Positions 1 through 6,837 of a DNA stretch of 11,829 nucleotides are shown piece after piece. The DNA lies in NCBI GenBank assembly GCA_031370785.1, contig JANMQY010000136.1:1-11829 (forward strand), in the 5' to 3' direction. The stretch's first letter is position 1. The number at the start of each line of letters is the position of its first letter. Below the pieces are notes generated by a model. It saw only the letters and a program-made list of their open reading frames with translations, was not told the DNA's origin and made no database searches. The translations under genes were made by a program, and so were the position numbers. Source of the DNA: Candidatus Eiseniibacteriota bacterium (GTDB lineage: Bacteria > Eisenbacteria > RBG-16-71-46).

Positions 1-131
1 TTGAGATTGGCGATGGCGGAGACGGACCTCGGCGTCTGTCCGGCAATGTACAGCCGCAGTTCCCACGTTTCCGTCTCTCCGTCGGATCCAGTTGGCACTT
101 CCTGGCCACCGGCCTTGCGCGACGTGTTCAT
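1..131 (-). CDS. kaiB: Circadian clock protein KaiB family, 5' part (runs off the window)
   Basis: Manual translation from ATG at 131 gives MNTSRKAGGQEVPTGSDGETETWELRLYIAGQTPRSVSAIANL, containing the KaiB N-terminal motif LRLY(I/V)AGxTPxSxxAxxNL. The start overlaps the kaiC stop (ATGA, 128-131). Absent from the ORF track because there is no stop in the window. Confidence 0.93.
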   Translation of the reverse strand, partial: MNTSRKAGGQEVPTGSDGETETWELRLYIAGQTPRSVSAIANL

Positions 132-1906
132 TTGCGGCTCAAGAGTGTCTTGCGGGGACGGGCGGCCGGCTCGGCATCTTTCAGGGTGCTGTCGACTTGG
201 CGGCTGATTCCCATGCCCTCTCGATCCTGTCTGTTGGTTTCCTCACGGGACTGTAACTGGTCGATGACTCGTTTCGCCTCTTCTTCTTCCGCCTCGAACT
301 CCTTCCGCAAGGCGACAATCCGGGCCTCCATGGCCTCGCGCATCCGTTCTCGCCCCCGCTGCTTGGCTTCGACCTCCTGATGTCGGAGCAGGCTGCCGGC
401 TTTATCCGTGGCTTCTCGCGTCTGCCGAGCCGAGCCGGTGAGAACGCCCTCCGCGCCCAGGTACACATTCTGTAATTCCACTCCCTGGTCGGTCAGCAGG
501 AACTCGCGGAGTTGGTTGGAGTGGGCCATGCCGCGCGATTTGAGGACGTACATCACCCGATTCCGCTCGCCATCCAGTTCCAGGTCGCGCAGTAACAACC
601 AGGTGTCCACAAGGGTGGAAACATCCACATTTGTCTGCTCCAGGGCCTCGTCCCCACTCGTGAGGCTGGTGAGCATCGCGGTGATTTCCTGCATCTTGAG
701 GAAGTCGATCAGTCGGGTCAGCATCACATTGGCGTCCAGGCGCGTGCCCACCGCTGTCAGGCTACCGATGGGGTCCATGACCACCACGCGTGGCTGAAAC
801 TCGCGCACCAACTTGTGAATTGTCGCCAGGTGCATTTCCAGGCCATGGATCGCGGCGCGGCTGGCGTGGAATTTCAGCAAGCCCTTCTTCACCCACGGCT
901 CCAGGTCGATGCCGATCGAGCGCATGTTGCGCATCAGCTGACCCGGCGACTCCTCGAACGCGAAGTACAAGCAGCGCTCCTCGCGCTGGCAAGCGGCGGC
1001 AGCGAAGTGGGCGGCGATGCTGGTCTTGCCGCTGCCCGCCGTACCGGACATGAGGACCGTGCTGCTTCGGAAGTAACCCTCGCCGCCGAGCATGGCATCC
1101 AGCCGGGGAATACCACTTGAAATCCGCCCGACGCTCGCCGCGTGCTGCAGCCCCAGGGACGTCACGGGCAAAACGCTGATGCCATCTTCGTCAATCAGGA
1201 ATGGGTATTCATTCGTTTCGTGGGTGGTGCCCCGGTACTTGACGATCCGGAGTCGCCGCGTCGACATCTGATCCGTCACTCGGTGGTCGAGCAGGATGAC
1301 GCAGTCAGACACGTACTCTTCCAGGCCGTGTCGGGTAAGCGTCCCCTCGCCACTCTCGCCGGTGATGACAGCGGTCACCTTTTTGTCCTTCAGCCAGCGG
1401 AACAGACGGCGCAGCTCGCCGCGCAGGATGGCGACGTTGGACAGACCGCCAAAGAGCGTTTCAATGGTATCCAGCACGACCCGTTTCGCGCCGATGGAGT
1501 CGATCGCATGGTTAAGGCGGACGAACAGCCCCTCCAGGTCATATTCGCCGGTCTCTTCGATCTCATTCCGCTCGACCCGCACGAAGTCCACAGCGAGTTT
1601 TTTTTGCTCGACGAGATCATCCAAGTCGAAGCCGAGCGAGCGGACGTTCTGAGTCAGTTCCGCGGCGGTCTCCTCGAAGGACATGAACACGCCGGGTTCG
1701 CCGAATTGTGTGGCTCCCCGGACGAGGAATTCCATCGCCAAGAGCGTCTTGCCGCAGCCGGCGCTTCCGCAGACGAGCGTGGGTCTGCCGCGCGGCAGGC
1801 CACCCCCCGTGATTTCATCCAGCCCCTGGATGCCCGTGGAGGTTTTGGCGAGGCCACGGTTCGCAGGCGTTCGGTGGTTGGCAGCTTGGGTCATTTTATT
1901 CCTCAT
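128..1906 (-). CDS. kaiC: Circadian clock protein KaiC (KaiC2-type, double RecA-like ATPase with C-terminal coiled coil)
   Basis: 592 aa with two P-loops (GSAGCGKT, GTAGSGKT), two FEE motifs, EEYVSDCVI, KYRGTTH, KSRGMAHSNQLREF, the phosphosite segment DVSTLVDTW and a long E/R/K-rich helical tail. Coupled to kaiB. Confidence 0.97.
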   Translation of the reverse strand: MRNKMTQAANHRTPANRGLAKTSTGIQGLDEITGGGLPRGRPTLVCGSAGCGKTLLAMEFLVRGATQFGEPGVFMSFEETAAELTQNVRSLGFDLDDLVEQKKLAVDFVRVERNEIEETGEYDLEGLFVRLNHAIDSIGAKRVVLDTIETLFGGLSNVAILRGELRRLFRWLKDKKVTAVITGESGEGTLTRHGLEEYVSDCVILLDHRVTDQMSTRRLRIVKYRGTTHETNEYPFLIDEDGISVLPVTSLGLQHAASVGRISSGIPRLDAMLGGEGYFRSSTVLMSGTAGSGKTSIAAHFAAAACQREERCLYFAFEESPGQLMRNMRSIGIDLEPWVKKGLLKFHASRAAIHGLEMHLATIHKLVREFQPRVVVMDPIGSLTAVGTRLDANVMLTRLIDFLKMQEITAMLTSLTSGDEALEQTNVDVSTLVDTWLLLRDLELDGERNRVMYVLKSRGMAHSNQLREFLLTDQGVELQNVYLGAEGVLTGSARQTREATDKAGSLLRHQEVEAKQRGRERMREAMEARIVALRKEFEAEEEEAKRVIDQLQSREETNRQDREGMGISRQVDSTLKDAEPAARPRKTLLSRK

Positions 1907-2241
1907 GAACTCTGAACACCCATCTCTATCGCGTGGGGGAAGCCCAACTCAATGATGGATTCCGCGTCCGGCCACTTCCAGAGCGACCATAACGGCGTTA
2001 ACAGTAACTCGGCCAGTGGCTTCATGAGGACGCCGACGTCCAGGGGCTTGACCATGTCGCCGTCGAACTCGGCCTCTCTGGATTTGAGGCGATCTTCGCT
2101 CTGACCCGATCCGATCAGGGCCACGAGCACCCTCTTCTGACCCCATGGTTGCTCTCGGAGTCTACGGGCCGCTTCGTGGCCGGTCAAACTTCGGCAGGCG
2201 ATGTCGAGCTGCACCACGTTCAGGGAGCTTTCTGCCGACAT
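1903..2241 (-). pseudogene. Truncated, degenerate response-regulator receiver (REC) domain, C-terminal half of the hybrid histidine kinase type
   Basis: VVQLDI..GHEAARRLREQPWGQKRVLVALIGSGQSEDRLKSREAEFDGDMVKPLD matches the recalled pattern [47 protein letters not shown].HMVKP. The N-terminal (V/I)DD strand is absent, and the conserved T, G and H positions are substituted. Confidence 0.75.
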
Positions 2242-2289
2242 TGGCGCGAGGTCATGCTTGCTAACGTCTTCGTAGCCGCGGCGGCGAAT

Positions 2290-2507
2290 TCAGGAACCCC
2301 GAGACGTCGTGCGCCGCGATTCGTGCGGCATGGATTTCCCACGCTCCCACTGGCGGACGGCGCCCCGTCAACGCCGAAACGTTTCCCGAGCTCCTCTTGA
2401 CTGAGGCCGAGTTCAAACCGCCGGTGCCGGATGCAGTCCCCGAGACTCGCTACCGTCGATCAGATCTGGGGGTGGAGGTTTGTGGCGAGATAGGCGATTG
2501 CGTGCAT
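2290..2507 (-). pseudogene. XRE-family helix-turn-helix regulator remnant (in-frame stop plus frameshift)
   Basis: Manual translation: ...AIAYLATNLHPQI*STVASLGDCIRHRRFELGLSQEELGKRFGVDGA, a 1-nt frameshift near 2360, then VRQWERGKSMP. This is the classic HTH_XRE pattern. In-frame TGA at 2460-2462. Not in the ORF track. Confidence 0.72.
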
Positions 2508-2543
2508 GTCTGGCGGATAAGTACTCGCCTCGGCTTGCCTAGG

Positions 2544-2568
2544 TGTGAAGTCTCAGGACGTTGTTCAC
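2544..2568 (+). repeat. IS481 left terminal inverted repeat
   Basis: TGTGAAGTCTCAGGACGTTGTTCAC is the reverse complement of 3229-3253 with 2 mismatches. Confidence 0.92.
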
Positions 2569-2637
2569 AGGGGTAGTTGATTCACCCGGGGTCCTTCTGC
2601 TGAAAGGCCATTCCAACCCCGCAGAGAGGAGGCCCGG

Positions 2638-3232
2638 ATGAACCTGCATAGTGGAGCACGAAGCTGCCCGGCCAGTCGAGCCCTTCTGATCGATCGCATC
2701 GCGCAGGAAGGCTGGCGCGTGACGGCCGCCGCGCAGGCCGCAGGGATCAGTCGACGCACGGCGTACAAGTGGATCGCGCGTCATGCGGTCGAGGGCGAGG
2801 CCGGCCTGGCCGATCGCTCGTCGCGGCCGCGCCATAGTCCAAAGCGCATTGAACGTCGACGAGGTGTGCTGCGTGCTGTTCCTGCGGCACACGCGCATGA
2901 CGGCGGCGCGGATCGCGAGCAGTCTCGAGCTGCCACGCTCGACCGTGGCGCGGGTGCTGAAGCGCCGGCACCGCATCACCGGCAATCGCACCCGACGGCG
3001 CCGCGGTGCGGGCTGGGACTTCGTGCACGTGGCGATCGACGATGCTTCGCGTCTCGCCTACGAGCGCTTCATCCAGACTCTGCTGCGCAAATGGGCCTAC
3101 GTGCGGCCGTATCAAACCTCGGGGATCCGCGCCCGAACGCTGCCACTGTTCCTTCACTACTACAATCGGGAGCGCCCACACGGTAGTCTCTCCGGTCAGC
3201 CGCCCATCAGTCGTACGAAGGCCCGGGCGTGA
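2638..3232 (+). pseudogene. IS481-family transposase pseudogene (frameshift plus two internal deletions)
   Basis: Frame 1 reads MNLHSGAR..AAGISRRTAYKWIARH..EGEAGLADRSSRPRHSP. After a shift near 2855-2865 it reads LRHTRMTAARIASSLELPRSTVARVLKR|HRITG..GWDFVHVAIDDASRLAY|ERFIQTLLRKWAY..YYNRERPHGSLSGQPPISR. The segments carrying the first (H.D.KK) and second (TDNG) catalytic Asp are missing. Confidence 0.92.
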
Positions 3233-3253
3233 ACAACGTCATGAGACTCCACA
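3229..3253 (-). repeat. IS481 right terminal inverted repeat
   Basis: GTGAACAACGTCATGAGACTCCACA; overlaps the transposase TGA. Confidence 0.92.
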
Positions 3254-3313
3254 GCTAGCGGCTCGGGTTCAGCGGCGGCGCGAAGCGCCGGCCGCTGCAA
3301 GCCGTTGTTAGAC
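3254..3313 (-). other. Integron attC site (~60 bp), R' core variant GCTAGC abutting the IS481
   Basis: Minus strand: GTCTAAC (R'', RYYYAAC) - AACGG - CTTGCAGC (L'') GGCCGGCGC TTC GCGCCGCC GCTGAAC (L') - CCGAGCC - GCTAGC. The hairpin has two extrahelical bases. R' deviates from GTTRRRY and the L'-R' spacer is about 1 nt long. Confidence 0.8.
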
Positions 3314-3680
3314 GCCATTGGTACAGAACCTAACGATTCGGACGAACTCAAGACGCTGGCTCCGCGGAATAGGCAACTCGGGAACTGGCTAAACAACTGG
3401 CCAAGGTAGTTCTTACCCGTGTACCCGCAAAGGCGGCGGACGCATCGACAGACGTAGTACCGGCACCGCGTGCAGCCCAGCGACTGCTTCTCGAGCGAGA
3501 GCTCAATGTGGCAGTGATAGCACCGACTCGGCCCTTCGGCTGTTCGCTCTCGAGCGGTCAACACCCGTTCGGGATGAAACAAGTAGCCCTGCTGCAGCGC
3601 CACTGCGTGGAACTGGGACAAGAGCACGCGCCGGCTGTCGAGCTCGGTGGGTCGCACGCCGTCGTGGTTGTCAGTATTGT
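3308..3680 (-). pseudogene. Cys-rich (putative Zn-binding) hypothetical cassette gene, frameshifted near 3381, 5' end uncertain
   Basis: Reads ...YLFHPERV..RCYHCHIELSLEKQSLGCTRCRYYVCRC.R.LCGYTGKNYLGQLFSQFP. The shifted frame continues ELPIPRSQRLEFVRIVRFCTNGV* with the TAA inside the attC R'' box, as is typical of cassettes. GC looks lower than in the adjacent gene. Confidence 0.6.
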
Positions 3681-3749
3681 CGGTGACGGCGTGGCTCGCG
3701 CTCGCGCTCGCCGCGGGGGTGTGCATCTCGCTCGGCTGAGCGCGGCGCG

Positions 3750-5348
3750 TCAGCGCGCGACCACCAGCGCGCGCGAGAGCCGCCGGCCGCCCGCCTCGAG
3801 CACCGCGAAGTAGAGCCCGGGCGCCGCGCGCTGCCCGCGCGCGTCGCGCAGGTCCCACCCCCGCGTGTGGCGCGAGGCCGGGAGGTCCGCGTCATCCACC
3901 AGCCGCGCGATCTCGCGCCCCGCGAGGTCTAGCACCGCGAGCCGAGCGCGGCCCGCCCGCGCGAGCGAGAACGAGAGCGTCGCCTGCGACCAGGCGGGCG
4001 AGGGGTAGGGCGCCGCCAGCCAGAGCTCGTCCGCCGCGTGCGGTAAAACGCCGACCGAATTGTCGCACGTGATCTTGCGGAGCTGCCCCGAGAGATTGGC
4101 GAACCGCTCGGCGTACTTGAGGTACCAGAGCGAGCCGTCGGGGTGGATGAAGAAGTCTGTCACGCCGTCCATGTTCTGGGCCCAGTCCTCGGGCGCAGGC
4201 TGCCCCGGCACCGGTGTCGCGATCGCCCAGCTCGTGCCGTTGAAGTGGAGCCGGCGCAGGAACCCCTCGCCGACGTCGGTCACGAACACCTCGCCTTCGT
4301 ACTCCGCCGGAAAGCGGAACGCGCCCGCCGCCGGCCGCCGGTAGCGCGGCGAGGTGATGACGGCCGCGCCCTGCAAGAACTTTGTGCGATCGTACGCGTA
4401 CATCGGCGGGATCGCCGTCAGCGTGTCGAGCAGCGGGCAGCTCATGCCAGTGGGCAACGGACCCTCGTAGCTCGGCCAGCCGAAGTTCATTCCCGGCTCC
4501 GTCGCGTGATCCACTTCCTCGTACGTATCATTTCCCGGGTCCGCGATGAACAGGTCGCCGGTCGGCGGATCGATCTGGAAGCTGTAGGGATTGCGCAGCC
4601 CGTATTCCCAGACCAGTCGCGCGTTGGCCGAGGTGTCCGCCACGAACGGATTGTCGGCCGGCGTGATGTTCGCGCGCGGCGGCGGCCCGCCCGCGCCGCC
4701 GGGAAGCTGCGAGACGTCGAGCCGCAGGATCTTGCCCTGGAGCTTGTCTTTCCGCACCGCGGCGCACCCGTCGCCGTCGTCGCCGAGGCTCACGTAGAGC
4801 ATGCCGTCGGGGCCGAAGCGCATACCGCCGCCGTTGTGGTGGTCGTACTGGTCGGGCAGGTCGGCGAGCACCAGGAACCGCGACGTGAGGTCGAGCGTAA
4901 ACGCGCCGGTTCCGGTGTAGGCGAGGTCGCCAACCGCCGCGTAGCGCGCGATCCGAATGCTGCGCGAGCCGAGGTAGTTGTAATGGAGATAGACGTAGGG
5001 GCGCGCCGGCCAGCCCGGGTCCACCGCGACCCCGAGCAGCCCTGACTCGGAAGACTGCCGCACGCTGTCGATCACCGCGACCGGCGCCACCACCAGCGTG
5101 CCGTTTGCCACCAGCCGGAGCCGCGCGTCGTACTTCTCGGTGACGAGGATGCGCAGGTCGGGAAGTGGCGCCATCGCCGCCGAGTAGCGCAGCCCGCCCG
5201 TAATCAGAACGTCCGAGAAGCCAGGCGGCAGGATCGCCTGCGCGCCGCCCGCTCGCGCGAAGGCGAGAAGCGTAGCGAACGTGAGCGCCGCGGCGGGCGC
5301 GAATGAACGGCGGATGGAGCGGGGCGTGGCGGGGGTCTCCTCGCGCAA
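3750..5348 (-). CDS. Secreted PQQ-dependent sugar (glucose/sorbosone, GSDH) dehydrogenase-family beta-propeller protein with C-terminal FlgD-Ig/T9SS-like sorting domain
   Basis: Motifs ESGLLGVAVDPGW, HNGGGMRFGPDGMLYVSLGD, GKILRLD, DNPF, YGLRNPYSF, EEVD and NFGWP.YEG. Signal peptide ends ..GGAQA. C-terminus PYPSPA..LSFSL..VLDLAGREIARL..WDLRDARG..APGLYF. The start is uncertain: TTG 5348 after GGAG is favoured over the track ATG at 5432, which overlaps the ATPase relic. Confidence 0.9.
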   Translation of the reverse strand: MREETPATPRSIRRSFAPAAALTFATLLAFARAGGAQAILPPGFSDVLITGGLRYSAAMAPLPDLRILVTEKYDARLRLVANGTLVVAPVAVIDSVRQSSESGLLGVAVDPGWPARPYVYLHYNYLGSRSIRIARYAAVGDLAYTGTGAFTLDLTSRFLVLADLPDQYDHHNGGGMRFGPDGMLYVSLGDDGDGCAAVRKDKLQGKILRLDVSQLPGGAGGPPPRANITPADNPFVADTSANARLVWEYGLRNPYSFQIDPPTGDLFIADPGNDTYEEVDHATEPGMNFGWPSYEGPLPTGMSCPLLDTLTAIPPMYAYDRTKFLQGAAVITSPRYRRPAAGAFRFPAEYEGEVFVTDVGEGFLRRLHFNGTSWAIATPVPGQPAPEDWAQNMDGVTDFFIHPDGSLWYLKYAERFANLSGQLRKITCDNSVGVLPHAADELWLAAPYPSPAWSQATLSFSLARAGRARLAVLDLAGREIARLVDDADLPASRHTRGWDLRDARGQRAAPGLYFAVLEAGGRRLSRALVVAR

Positions 5349-5391
5349 ATGGTCTGCTCCGGCCGCGGCCCAGTCAAGGGTTAAACCGCCG

Positions 5392-5490
5392 ATCCGGGCC
5401 TTCGAGCAGCACCGCCGGAAGGGCGCCATCATCCTGATCGAGGAACCGGAGATGTTCCTCCACGCGCAGATGCAGCGATCTCTCTACCGC
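5392..5490 (+). pseudogene. Fragment of an OLD-family/ABC-type ATPase (Walker B region)
   Basis: IRAFEQHRRKGAIILIEEPEMFLHAQMQRSLYR fits hhhhEEPExxLHPxxQR (P replaced by A). Only 33 codons remain. Confidence 0.65.
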
Positions 5491-5633
5491 CGATGCGATG
5501 GATCGTGGCGGCGTCTCTGCGCGTGGCGCGGACCATCGCGGATCTCGCGGGCGAAGCCCAGGTGAGCGCGATGCGGATTGCCGAGGCGCTGCAGTATCGC
5601 GCGTACGAGGCAACGAGGTTCGTCGCGAGATGA
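5489..5633 (+). pseudogene. comM: 3' remnant of comM/yifB (Mg-chelatase-like AAA+ ATPase)
   Basis: ADAMDRGGVSAR, then in a shifted frame (5517-5633) LRVARTIADLAGEAQVSAMRIAEALQYRAYEATRFVAR*. This matches the ComM C-terminal signature LSARAYxRILKVARTIADL...AEALQYR. Confidence 0.85.
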
Positions 5634-5660
5634 GCGAATCGCGAGGGCGCCGAAAGGAGT

Positions 5661-6119
5661 CTAGTTTTCGGTTCCTGCGACGGATTTCGAGGACAGTGGG
5701 AGGCGCACGCGCAGGGTGGCGCAGACGTGGTCGGTCGGACCGATCTGCTCGATTGCGGCGCGAACTTGTTCGAAGCGGTTGTCGGCATTCATGGTGTGCT
5801 CCCACAATCGTTCATGCTGACGCAGGTCGCGAGGCGACTGAACTAAATCTACGAGCAAGAGCATCCCGAGAACCACAGTCGCGAGGGAAGCCGCGAACCA
5901 CAGCGAGCCGCCCATCCCGCGAGCCCGCACCAACGTCACGGCTGCGAACACGAGTCCGGCGACAACCAACGCGAGCATCCCCGCAGCCATCGCGTTGAAC
6001 ATCGGAAGATGCTCGAGATAGTTCAACCGATGCCCGAGCTGGATGGCGGCAAACGCCAGAAGGATACTGGTCGTGGTGAGCAGCAGCGAGATGTCGCGTG
6101 CCGACACCCGGGTGTTCAT
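5661..6119 (-). CDS. Small hypothetical membrane protein (about 3 TM) with probable read-through tail
   Basis: RBS AGGGAGGT precedes ATG 6119 (MNTRVSARDISLLL..). Three hydrophobic segments are followed by an unrelated hydrophilic tail. Confidence 0.6.
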   Translation of the reverse strand: MNTRVSARDISLLLTTTSILLAFAAIQLGHRLNYLEHLPMFNAMAAGMLALVVAGLVFAAVTLVRARGMGGSLWFAASLATVVLGMLLLVDLVQSPRDLRQHERLWEHTMNADNRFEQVRAAIEQIGPTDHVCATLRVRLPLSSKSVAGTEN

Positions 6120-6352
6120 GCGCACCTCCCTCGATCCTTTGGACTGAAGTTCGCGATCAGCGCCGCGGGCCAAGCGTTGGAACCACACGGAACAATCCTA
6201 GAAGAAAACCCAGGCGGATATCTGCAAAATCCACCCTGCCTGAACGCCCATAGGCGCCCAGGACCTGCACCACCAGCGAGACAAGAGATCACAGCCAGGC
6301 CGCTCAGGCCGGTGAGTACTGCAACCGCGATTGCTTTGAGATCAACGGACAT
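6116..6352 (-). pseudogene. Probable frameshifted small membrane protein
   Basis: MSVDLKAIAVAVLTGLSGLAVI continues more plausibly in an alternative frame as LVSLVVQVLGAYGRSGRVDFADIRLGFLLGLFRVVPTL (shift near 6285). Confidence 0.4.
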
Positions 6353-6381
6353 TGGAGGTGCAACCCCCAGGACCTGCTCGC

Positions 6382-6837
6382 TTAGTCGCTCGGCCGCTTA
6401 ACGCCAAGGCCAGCGGCCACCACCAGGGCGACGACAAACGCTGGCACCGCGGTCAGAAGGGGCCAGGCGACCAGGGCGATGAGCATTCGGGGTCGGTAAC
6501 CCGAGGCTGACCCAAGGTCATGAATGTTGGCCGCGAGTGCGAGCGCGAAGGCACCGAACGCAACAGCCACGGACGCATGCCATGCCGTTGGCCGCGCCGT
6601 GTTGCGAAGCCGAAAGTGTTCATAGGCGATATGGGCCGCAAACACCGCACCACTGATGACGAAGGCGGATAGTCGCCAGAAGGATCGCATCTGATTGGAT
6701 GCCGCCGCCCCGGCAAGCGCGATGGATGCGGCACCAACGGCGAGGTAGAGCGCACCGACGAGTATCGCGTTGCGGAGCCAGCGCTGGCTGCCGGCACCGT
6801 GGCCCGTCCGCTCCACTGCGTCGTCAGCGGGTGTCAT
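6382..6837 (-). CDS. Hypothetical 4-TM membrane protein, cassette-like (start uncertain: ATG 6837 or GTG 6816)
   Basis: Four hydrophobic helices: QRWLRNAILVGALYLAVG, FWRLSAFVISGAVFAAHIAYEHFRLRN, HASVAVAFGAFALALAANIH, LVAWPLLTAVPAFVVALVVAAG. Confidence 0.75.
   Translation of the reverse strand: MTPADDAVERTGHGAGSQRWLRNAILVGALYLAVGAASIALAGAAASNQMRSFWRLSAFVISGAVFAAHIAYEHFRLRNTARPTAWHASVAVAFGAFALALAANIHDLGSASGYRPRMLIALVAWPLLTAVPAFVVALVVAAGLGVKRPSD

Larger units (their letters stand above)
2544..3253 (+). mobile_element. IS481-family insertion sequence, internally deleted (710 bp, non-autonomous)
   Basis: TGT...ACA ends, 25-bp TIRs with 23/25 identity, NCTAGN hexamers on both flanks (CCTAGG 2538-2543, GCTAGC 3254-3259), and an IS481-like transposase remnant inside. 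Confidence 0.93.

Noticed and set aside
1598..1605. A8 homopolymer in kaiC as a phase-variation tract
   Set aside because: It encodes Q-K-K in frame, is short, and there is no evidence of slippage.
2259..2290. Minus-strand GTTAGCA followed by an ATG as another attC 3' half
   Set aside because: It does not fit GTTRRRY, and no R'' box or hairpin partner was found.
2560..2700. IS481 outward promoter driving kaiBC
   Set aside because: Plausible from family knowledge, but no convincing -35/-10 pair is visible on the minus strand.
3694..3711. (GCTCGC)x3 tandem repeat
   Set aside because: Too short, and expected in GC-rich Leu-Ala coding-like sequence.
3196..3858. 220-aa track ORF as a single gene
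   Set aside because: It is a chimera of an off-frame GSDH end, the cassette remnant, the attC and the IS end.
5380..5386. GTTAAAC matching an integron core site
   Set aside because: An isolated 7-mer on the strand opposite to the cassettes, with no attC or attI structure.
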